Shown here in pieces: positions 6,982 to 13,248 of a stretch of 40,475 nt of DNA. How positions within the stretch are numbered: the stretch's first letter is position 1; the number at the start of each line of letters is the position of its first letter. The notes under the pieces were generated by a model, which was not told where the DNA came from, did no database searches, and saw nothing but the letters and a program-made list of their open reading frames with translations. Made by a program: the position numbers and the translations under genes. Where the stretch lies: the IMG/VR virus record IMGVR_UViG_3300032076_000022. One strand, 5' to 3'. The stretch comes from a virus.

Positions 6982-7127
6982 CGTGCAGGCATCGAGCAAA
7001 TCTGGTGGGCGCGTCCGCGCGAGATCCCGAAATGCTTGGCGAGCCGCCCGTATGACCACCCGAGCGAGCGCAGGCGACGGATGCGCCGGTTGCGCTTCTC
7101 AAAGGTCCGGAGGGTGTCCGAGTACAT
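6978..7127 (-). CDS. Small HTH DNA-binding protein (49 aa as called)
   Basis: RNRRIRRLRSLGWSYGRLAKHFGISRGRAHQI is a sigma70-region-4/LuxR-like HTH. ATG 7127 was chosen because the upstream in-frame sequence is occupied by two promoter-like elements. Alternative starts are 7193 and 7286. Confidence 0.55.
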   Translation of the reverse strand: MYSDTLRTFEKRNRRIRRLRSLGWSYGRLAKHFGISRGRAHQICSMPAR

Positions 7128-7134
7128 GCCGGGT

Positions 7135-7162
7135 ATTGTATACCCACCCCTTGACTTGTCCA
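7135..7162 (-). promoter_or_regulatory. Candidate leftward sigma70 promoter
   Basis: On the minus strand: TGGACA (7162-7157), 16-nt spacer, TACAAT (7140-7135), then 7 nt to ATG 7127, which suggests a leaderless mRNA. The inverted repeat GGGTAT-tgt-ATACCC (7131-7145) overlaps the -10. Confidence 0.45.
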
Positions 7163-7178
7163 GCCCCGGCGCTATCAT
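7151..7178 (+). promoter_or_regulatory. Candidate rightward sigma70 promoter
   Basis: TTGACT (7151-7156), 16-nt spacer, TATCAT (7173-7178). SD AAGGGGG at 7207-7213 and ATG at 7219. Confidence 0.5.
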
Positions 7179-7218
7179 ACGTTTGTAGCGCATTCTTAGA
7201 CCAGACAAGGGGGCAGAA

Positions 7219-7458
7219 ATGGCGGTCACAGTATTCTGCAAGGATTGTAAGCATGTCCGGAACACAACCAGACTCGACGAGAACACCGGTCAAGTGATCA
7301 AGGTCGCCGCGGCATGGTGGCAATGCGGTGTCCAGACCAAGATCAATCCAGTCGACGCGACGGAGAGTCTGGCCGACTGTGGATTCATGCGCACGTTCGG
7401 TGGCGGATGTGGACCCGAAGGAAAACTCTTCGAAGCAGCAGCAGGAACTGATGCGTGA
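7219..7458 (+). CDS. Small Cys-rich protein (79 aa), possible zinc binder
   Basis: SD plus ATG 7219. Sequence contains MAVTVFCKDCKHV...WWQCGV...ADCGF...GGGCGPEG, with a CxxC and further cysteines. Confidence 0.7.
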   Translation: MAVTVFCKDCKHVRNTTRLDENTGQVIKVAAAWWQCGVQTKINPVDATESLADCGFMRTFGGGCGPEGKLFEAAAGTDA

Positions 7459-7570
7459 ATCGCATAAAGACGCGCTCCGTGGCGTCGAAGCGGTTGCGAC
7501 ATGGTTGATCGTCGTCGTCGCCGTCGCCGCTTGGGTCGTGGTAGCGGTTCTATGGCACTTATATTCTTGA
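7451..7570 (+). CDS. Tiny membrane protein (39 aa)
   Basis: ATG 7451 overlaps the upstream stop region, with AGGA 8 nt upstream. MRESHKDALRGVEAVATWLIVVVAVAAWVVVAVLWHLYS has one hydrophobic helix. Confidence 0.45.
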   Translation: MRESHKDALRGVEAVATWLIVVVAVAAWVVVAVLWHLYS

Positions 7571-7662
7571 TCGCGGCGATCGGGGCATTCGCTTTCGGTT
7601 CGCCCGTGGCGGGATTCGCCTGTCTCATCTTGGCGATTTATAACTGGAGTTGTAACGATTGA
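7552..7662 (+). CDS. Possible tiny membrane peptide (36 aa)
   Basis: MALIFLIAAIGAFAFGSPVAGFACLILAIYNWSCND. No clear SD, and it overlaps the previous ORF in another frame. Confidence 0.25.
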   Translation: MALIFLIAAIGAFAFGSPVAGFACLILAIYNWSCND

Positions 7663-7674
7663 AAGGGGACATCA

Positions 7675-7821
7675 ATGGAAACTCGTCTGTACATCATTCG
7701 CAACAAGAAGACCGGATGCCCGGATTGTGGAAGCCGCCACCTCCGCCGCGGCGATTCGGCCATGTCGCTGCCGACGTGTTCAAGGTCGAGGTGGGCAAGT
7801 CGAAGGAGATCGCGCTCCTGA
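7675..7821 (+). CDS. Small ORF with CPDCG knuckle (48 aa), frame uncertain
   Basis: SD AAAGGGGA at 7662-7669 and ATG at 7675. METRLYIIRNKKTGCPDCGSRH looks coding. The distal part is Arg/Ser-rich and poor in G/C at third positions. Confidence 0.3.
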   Translation: METRLYIIRNKKTGCPDCGSRHLRRGDSAMSLPTCSRSRWASRRRSRS

Positions 7822-7865
7822 TGTCGGAAGGCGTCAAGCCTGAACAACTCGGCGCGAGCCAGTAA
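7716..7865 (+). CDS. Small ORF in the -1 frame relative to 7675 (49 aa)
   Basis: The C-terminal part, FGHVAADVFKVEVGKSKEIALLMSEGVKPEQLGASQ, has almost all G/C at third positions. Its TAA overlaps ATG 7865 (TAATG). The start is unclear: ATG 7716 has a weak SD. Confidence 0.35.
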   Translation: MPGLWKPPPPPRRFGHVAADVFKVEVGKSKEIALLMSEGVKPEQLGASQ

Positions 7866-8815
7866 TGCGCCCCGGCGTCTATCCCGGCCTCACCATGGCC
7901 GAGTACCTCAAGATCCCGGCGGTCAGCCAGGGCGACCTGCAGAACCTGCTGGATCGCTGCCCGCAGGCGGCATGGTTCAATTCGTACCTGAACCCGAACC
8001 GTCCGCCGGACGAAGCTGACGAGGACATGGACGCCGGCGCCATCGCGCACGCCATCCTCCTTGAGGGGAGCCGCGCGAAGATTTGCGTGATCGACCCGCA
8101 AGAGCACCCCGCGGAGAAGACCGGCAACATTCCCACCGGGTGGCAGAACAAGTCGATCCGGGCCGCGCGCGACGAAGCGCGTGCCAACGGTCTGCTGCCG
8201 GTACTCGCGCCGCGCATGAAGGAGATCGACGCGATGGTGACCGCGGCGCAGATCTACATCGAACTGCTGCGGACCGACCAACCGGAGATCCACGCCCTCT
8301 TTCAGCCGGGGGGCGGGGACTCCGAGCTCACCATGGTCTGGGAAGACGACGGCGTTCCCTGCCGCATTCGCCACGATCGCATCAGTACGAATCACTCGCT
8401 GATCGTGGACGCGAAGTTCACCTCGACGTCGGCGCACCCGGATGCCTTCGGCGCGTCGCAGCTGGTGCGGATGGGCTACTACATCGCCGCGGCGTTCTAC
8501 CGGCGAGGCGTGATGGCGCTATACGATGTGCTCCCCGACTACGTCTTCCTGGTGATCGAAACGGAAGCGCCATACCTGTGCTCGCTGGTCGGCCTCGATC
8601 CGCTCGCCGCCGAAATGGGCAACGAGAAGATTGCGCGGGCGCTCAAGGAATGGCGCAAGCATACGCACCTCAATCGCTGGCCCGGATACCCGGCGCGCGT
8701 CGCCTACCCCGAGATCCCGGCGTGGGAAGTCGCGCGCTGGCAGGAGCAGACGGGCGGTGAACCCGGCATCCCCTACGAGGTGAGCAAGCTGTTCCGCAAG
8801 GAGGATTTCCGGTGA
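7865..8815 (+). CDS. PD-(D/E)XK exonuclease, RecE/DUF3799-like
   Basis: 316 aa. AGAIAHAILLEG, SLIVDAKFTST ((D/E)xK motif), MGYYIAAAFYRRG and YVFLVIETEAPY fit the RecE-type PDDEXK (DUF3799) pattern. Confidence 0.7.
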   Translation: MRPGVYPGLTMAEYLKIPAVSQGDLQNLLDRCPQAAWFNSYLNPNRPPDEADEDMDAGAIAHAILLEGSRAKICVIDPQEHPAEKTGNIPTGWQNKSIRAARDEARANGLLPVLAPRMKEIDAMVTAAQIYIELLRTDQPEIHALFQPGGGDSELTMVWEDDGVPCRIRHDRISTNHSLIVDAKFTSTSAHPDAFGASQLVRMGYYIAAAFYRRGVMALYDVLPDYVFLVIETEAPYLCSLVGLDPLAAEMGNEKIARALKEWRKHTHLNRWPGYPARVAYPEIPAWEVARWQEQTGGEPGIPYEVSKLFRKEDFR

Positions 8816-8937
8816 AGATCCTTAGAGTGATCGTCAGCCTGTACTTGTGGGTCGGGGTGGTATACGGGTTCGTCTGGGTGCTCGACGTCGCCATCGGTCC
8901 GCCGTACATGCTGCCGAACTTTCACCATAGTCCATAA
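8812..8937 (+). CDS. Tiny hydrophobic protein (41 aa)
   Basis: GTG 8812 overlaps the upstream TGA (GTGA). Sequence reads VKILRVIVSLYLWVGVVYGFVWVLDVAIGPPYMLPNFHHSP. Confidence 0.4.
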   Translation: MKILRVIVSLYLWVGVVYGFVWVLDVAIGPPYMLPNFHHSP

Positions 8938-8947
8938 AGGAATAATC

Positions 8948-9232
8948 ATGCCAAAGGCGAAGCGTAAACCGGTCAAACGAGTGAAGAAGGTCAAGCGCCG
9001 TCGCTCTATCACGCTGCAGGAAACTCTACTGGCAGATCGCGTCAGGACACTAGAAATCGAGAACGCCGAACTTCGCAAGAACACCGTGAGCGCCTTGCGA
9101 ATAATTGAACGAGCGCGGAATGTAGAACAGATGGTAAACGAAGGGAGCGAACTGCTTAAACGGTTCCTGCAATTCTCACAACGCAATTTAGAAAACATCC
9201 GGCTGGTCCAACATCGCCAGCACGAAATATGA
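8948..9232 (+). CDS. Basic coiled-coil protein (94 aa) in a low-G+C patch
   Basis: SD AAAGGA. MPKAKRKPVKRVKKVKRRRS is followed by heptad-like LEIENAELRKNTVSALRIIERARNVEQMVNEG. Local G+C is about 50% by hand count. Confidence 0.7.
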   Translation: MPKAKRKPVKRVKKVKRRRSITLQETLLADRVRTLEIENAELRKNTVSALRIIERARNVEQMVNEGSELLKRFLQFSQRNLENIRLVQHRQHEI

Positions 9233-10158
9233 CCTTCACCTTTCGCCCCGCGGTCCGCGAGAACGTCTCGCTCATCATCGGCCTCGTCGGCTCGACGGGG
9301 TCGGGCAAGACCTACACCGGGATGCGGCTCGCGAGCGGCATCGCGAGCGACAAGCCGTTCTGTGTGATCGATACCGAGGCAGGCCGCGCCAAGCATTACG
9401 CGGACATGTTCAAGTTCGACCACGGGGATCTCACCCCGCCATTCACCCCGGAGCGATATGCCGAGGCGATCAAGGCCGCGGACGATGCAGGCTATCCGGT
9501 CATCATGGTCGATTCCTTCTCCCACGAATGGGCAGGCGAGGGCGGATGCCTCGACATGCAGGAGGAGGAGTTCAAGCGGATGGGCTACAACGAGAAGGTC
9601 AAACTCCTGTCGTGGCAAAAGCCGAAGGGCGAGCACAAGCGGATGGTGTCGCGGCTGCTGCAGACCCGGGCGCACCTCATCATCTGTCTCCGGGCGGAAG
9701 AGAAGATCGACATGGTCAAGAACCGGGAGACAGGCAAGATGGAAGTGGTGCCGAAGGTCGGTCCCGCCGGGTTCCGCGGGTGGTTGCCGATCTGCGAGAA
9801 GAACTTGCCCTTCGAGTTCACCGTGTCCCTGCTCATGCTCGCGGACGCGCCAGGCTACCCGCACGCGATCAAACTGCAGGAGCAACACAAGCCGTTCTTC
9901 CCCCTCGAGCGCCCGATCAGCGAGGAGTCGGGCAAGCGGATCGCGGAGTGGGCATCGGGGACTAAGCCAGTCGCGCTGAACACCATCACGATGAATCAGG
10001 CGTTGGACCTGGAGACGTTGTGCAAGGACAACGGGATCCCGGTGGAGAACCTGATGCACGCGGCGGAGGTGCAACGCCTGCAGGACATTCCTGCCGCGGC
10101 GCACGCCCGGGCATTGAAGTGGGTGGATGCGGCCATCGCCAAGCGCCAACAGACGTGA
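9229..10158 (+). CDS. Sak4-like / AAA_24-family RecA-core ATPase
   Basis: ATGA overlap with the upstream gene. Walker A GLVGSTGSGKTYTG and Walker B-like PVIMVDSFSHEW. It sits next to the exonuclease gene, forming a recombination module. Confidence 0.75.
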   Translation: MTFTFRPAVRENVSLIIGLVGSTGSGKTYTGMRLASGIASDKPFCVIDTEAGRAKHYADMFKFDHGDLTPPFTPERYAEAIKAADDAGYPVIMVDSFSHEWAGEGGCLDMQEEEFKRMGYNEKVKLLSWQKPKGEHKRMVSRLLQTRAHLIICLRAEEKIDMVKNRETGKMEVVPKVGPAGFRGWLPICEKNLPFEFTVSLLMLADAPGYPHAIKLQEQHKPFFPLERPISEESGKRIAEWASGTKPVALNTITMNQALDLETLCKDNGIPVENLMHAAEVQRLQDIPAAAHARALKWVDAAIAKRQQT

Positions 10159-10703
10159 TCGTCCGGTTGACGGCGGAGGAGATCGAGTGGTGCCGCCTGC
10201 TGGGCGCCGCTCGCAACCTCGCCAACTTGTCAGCCGACGTCACCTCGAGGAAGAAGTCCCCGCAGTCCGACGAGGAGATCAACGTCGAGGGGGTGTACGG
10301 CGAGCTCGCACTGTCCTTCGCCTTCAACATTCCATCGATCGACACCACCATCGGCCCGCGCCGCGGCGGGTATGATCTCCTGATCCACGGCAGACCGTTC
10401 GACGTCAAGGCGACGCACTACGGGAACGGTCACTTGATCGCCGGATTGCGGGTGAACCCTGACGTTGATTTCTATGCGCTCGCACTCGTTCACGCGCTGC
10501 CCGATGTCAACTGCCCGAAGTGGGCAGCGAAGCCTGATTTGATCCAGCAGGAGAACCTCAAGGACTTCGGCTGGGGGCCGTGCTATGCATTGAAGCAGGA
10601 CGATCCGCGAATGCATGATTGGAAGCAGGACATCGAGGGTCGCAAGCAGTTTATCGATGACATCATCAAATACGAAAGGTTGAAAGGCTATGAGTCCTAC
10701 TGA
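10155..10703 (+). CDS. Hypothetical protein, possible PD-(D/E)XK-fold nuclease (182 aa)
   Basis: GTG 10155 overlaps the upstream TGA. GVYGELALSF...GGYDLLIHGRPFDVKATH gives an E...D...DxK arrangement. The fold call is tentative. Confidence 0.55.
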   Translation: MIVRLTAEEIEWCRLLGAARNLANLSADVTSRKKSPQSDEEINVEGVYGELALSFAFNIPSIDTTIGPRRGGYDLLIHGRPFDVKATHYGNGHLIAGLRVNPDVDFYALALVHALPDVNCPKWAAKPDLIQQENLKDFGWGPCYALKQDDPRMHDWKQDIEGRKQFIDDIIKYERLKGYESY

Positions 10704-11454
10704 GCAGATCAAGCAGATCACCGCCAACGTGCGCCACGAAATGGATCAGATCGATCAACTGCTGGGCGCGGGTCCGACGGTTCGCACCTGTCACTTCGGA
10801 TACTACGGAGACACTCCGACGACGGCAGACGAGGTTCACAACCACGCGGATCTCTACTGGTGCTACGGGTGGCCGCAGGGCGGCAACATGAACGCGGTGT
10901 CCGCCGGGCAACGCGCGCAATCGCTGGGCATGAAGATCATGCTGGGGTGCTACGGCAGGGGCGATCAGGCGTCGCTCGAATACTTCTTCGGGCAATGTCA
11001 GGCGGGGGGCATCACGAACGATGTCATCGGTCTTTACCCTCAAGACGAACCCGACGTCGCGGGTATGACCGGGCCGGAAGTCACCGCGATGTGCCAGCGG
11101 GTGCGCGCCGCAGCGGCGAAGTATTGGCCCATCGTGCCGCCACTGTGCTGCATCTATGGCAACGAAGGTTATCCGGGGATCGCCAGCTTCGACGTGGTAG
11201 GACGGGACAACTATGGCAACGGAGTTCAGACCGTGCCGATCAGCGGCACTCAGCAATTGATGATCGTCCCCGGCGGTGCGGACGATTGGCGCGAAGAACC
11301 CTATCCCTTTGTCACTTACGCGCAGGACAACCCCGACGTATGGGCGGTGATCTGCTTCTACTGGGATCTCACCGGACAGAAACCGGGGGTGAAGACCAAC
11401 GGCATGGCCGCTGCCTACATCCAAGCAGGACAGGCGTTGACGGGGCGCTCATAG
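10690..11454 (+). CDS. Hypothetical protein (254 aa)
   Basis: Long ORF with strong G/C at third positions. GLYPQDEPD is loosely reminiscent of the NEP acid/base motif of clan GH-A TIM barrels. No confident family call. Confidence 0.7.
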   Translation: MSPTEQIKQITANVRHEMDQIDQLLGAGPTVRTCHFGYYGDTPTTADEVHNHADLYWCYGWPQGGNMNAVSAGQRAQSLGMKIMLGCYGRGDQASLEYFFGQCQAGGITNDVIGLYPQDEPDVAGMTGPEVTAMCQRVRAAAAKYWPIVPPLCCIYGNEGYPGIASFDVVGRDNYGNGVQTVPISGTQQLMIVPGGADDWREEPYPFVTYAQDNPDVWAVICFYWDLTGQKPGVKTNGMAAAYIQAGQALTGRS

Positions 11455-11527
11455 CATTCTTGCAGATCTTTGCGGCGGTCGCCATCGTCCTCTTGGGATT
11501 ACTGCTGATCGCCGCCCTTTCCTTCGC

Positions 11528-12229
11528 ATGCGATTCTTTGTCGGACTACATCAGCCGGCGGACACGAAACACTTCGACGGATCCTTCGTCAGCGTCAACC
11601 GACTCCGCACCCGCAAGTCACCGCTCGAAATAGGGGACTGGATCATGGACAGCGGGGCGTTCACAACCATCGCCACGCACGGCGGCTATCCCTACCCGGT
11701 CAGCGAGTACGCCGAGCAGATCCGGAAGTGGAAGGGAAGCGGCAATCTGCTTGCAGCTGCGGCACAGGACTACATGTGCGAACCCGTCATGCTCGAGCGC
11801 ACCGGTCTGACGGTGGCCGATCACCAGCGGCTCACGATCGAACGCTACGACGCGCTCTTGGCCGAGGACACCGGGGTCTACATCCTGCCGGTGCTCCAAG
11901 GCTACGAGCCGTCGGAATACGTCGAGCACATCCGCCAGTACGCTGACCGCCTCAAGCCGGGGATGTGGGTGGGGGTGGGGAGCGTGTGCAAGCGCAACGG
12001 CAACCCAAGCGCCATCGCCGCGGTGCTCTATTCGATAAAAAAGGAACGGCCCGACCTGTTGCTCCACGGGTTCGGGCTGAAGGCGACGGCGTTCGGTTCG
12101 TCGCTGATCACCAGGCTGCTCCACTCGGCGGACTCCATGGCGTGGTCATACGCCGCACGCCGCGAGGGGCGGAATCAGAACGATTGGCGGGAAGCCAAGA
12201 AATGGATATCGAGAGGGGACTTGCTATGA
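11528..12229 (+). CDS. dpdA: DpdA-like DNA-guanine transglycosylase (TGT superfamily)
   Basis: MRFFVGLHQP start. IMDSGAFT resembles the TGT DSGGFQ motif. Also ILPVLQGYEP, VGVGSVCKR, LLHGFGLK and SADSMAWSY. Size and motif order fit phage DpdA proteins as I remember them. Confidence 0.65.
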   Translation: MRFFVGLHQPADTKHFDGSFVSVNRLRTRKSPLEIGDWIMDSGAFTTIATHGGYPYPVSEYAEQIRKWKGSGNLLAAAAQDYMCEPVMLERTGLTVADHQRLTIERYDALLAEDTGVYILPVLQGYEPSEYVEHIRQYADRLKPGMWVGVGSVCKRNGNPSAIAAVLYSIKKERPDLLLHGFGLKATAFGSSLITRLLHSADSMAWSYAARREGRNQNDWREAKKWISRGDLL

Positions 12230-12480
12230 GCTCACGCGCCATCATCGAAGTGCATCTGGACGACAACGGCACCTTCACCTACAAACTGCGCGAGACGGAT
12301 CTCTCGACCAAGGCGTACGCACAGTTGCTGGTCGCGCTCGCGACGGACATCGCGGAGATGTTCGAAACGGCGTCAGACCACAAGTTCAGGAAGGAGGACG
12401 TCTACGCCCAGATCATCCACTTCATGCAGGAGTCGTTCTATGACAACCCGCCGTCGACTAACTTGGGGATGCTCCAATGA
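12226..12480 (+). CDS. Acidic hypothetical protein (84 aa)
   Basis: ATGA overlap with dpdA. Begins MSSRAIIEVHLDDNGTFTYKLRETDLSTKAYAQLLVALATDIAEMFE. Confidence 0.65.
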   Translation: MSSRAIIEVHLDDNGTFTYKLRETDLSTKAYAQLLVALATDIAEMFETASDHKFRKEDVYAQIIHFMQESFYDNPPSTNLGMLQ

Positions 12481-12581
12481 AGGTCTTCTGGTACAGCATT
12501 TTAGGCTTTATGGGCGGCATCATCTTCGCGGTGGTGTTCTGGGCAATCGTCATTCCGATGTTGAACTGGATGCTTCGATAA
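12477..12581 (+). CDS. Tiny membrane protein (34 aa)
   Basis: ATGA overlap with the upstream gene. Sequence MKVFWYSILGFMGGIIFAVVFWAIVIPMLNWMLR. Last gene of the rightward unit. Confidence 0.5.
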   Translation: MKVFWYSILGFMGGIIFAVVFWAIVIPMLNWMLR

Positions 12582-13248
12582 GCCGCGGCGCCCCGTTCTC
12601 GAACTCCACGATGCGCTCGCGGATCGCCTTGATCCGCGGCGCCGCCTCTTGAAACCTCTCGTTCAATATCCGGAGCGTGGACTCGATTTCGCCGGGACCG
12701 GCACCCGCATCGCTCGTCTCCTGATACAGGCGTTGCGCCGCGAGCAGTTTAACCTGGGCAAGTGCCGAGTTCGTGTTCGCATTGACCTCCATCGTGGCGA
12801 GCGAGTGCAACGCCGTGAGCGCATCGGAGCGATAGAGTAACGCCTTGACCTTGATGTCCTCCTCGACCTGCGCAAGCCGCTCTTTGGTGTAGACCGGATC
12901 GTGGACGATGGGGATCGTCGCCAAGTACTTCTGCAACTGCCGCGACGTCCGAACCTGGGCATCGAGTGCTCCGACGGAAACCTTCAGTCGCGCGGACGCC
13001 CCGGTGACGCTGCCGTCGGTACTGTGCAGCGCGTGCGTCAGTTCTTTGAACGTCGGGATTTTCGACCCTTTGGCGGCTTCCCAGTTGCCAGCGCCGTTCC
13101 GGTCTTTGCTTGCGCGATTCTTGCGGCCTTTCCCTTTGACGCGCCACGCCTCTTGATCGCTTCGTACATCCGGTGGACTTTCGTTCCCTTCGGCATTGAT
13201 CATCTCCTTCCCGAAATTGAGCGCGGCGTCGAGACGTCCCATGATCAC
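12550..13248 (-). CDS. Hypothetical protein with internal HTH-like segment (232 aa)
   Basis: GTG 13248 (GTGA overlap) or ATG 13242. It has a basic disordered N-terminus, then GSVTGASARLKVSVGALDAQVRTSRQL (HTH-like), then a helical C-terminal half. Last gene of the late operon. Confidence 0.65.
   Translation of the reverse strand: MIMGRLDAALNFGKEMINAEGNESPPDVRSDQEAWRVKGKGRKNRASKDRNGAGNWEAAKGSKIPTFKELTHALHSTDGSVTGASARLKVSVGALDAQVRTSRQLQKYLATIPIVHDPVYTKERLAQVEEDIKVKALLYRSDALTALHSLATMEVNANTNSALAQVKLLAAQRLYQETSDAGAGPGEIESTLRILNERFQEAAPRIKAIRERIVEFENGAPRLIEASSSTSE

Noticed and set aside
11460-11633. A possible 57-aa ORF with an N-terminal membrane helix (QIFAAVAIVLLGLLLIAALSFA) in the gap before dpdA.
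   Set aside because: Only a TTG start with no convincing SD is available, and two thirds of the ORF would overlap dpdA out of frame with Ser/Thr/Arg-rich sequence. I keep it only as a note, because the 73-nt gap has coding-like third-position G+C.
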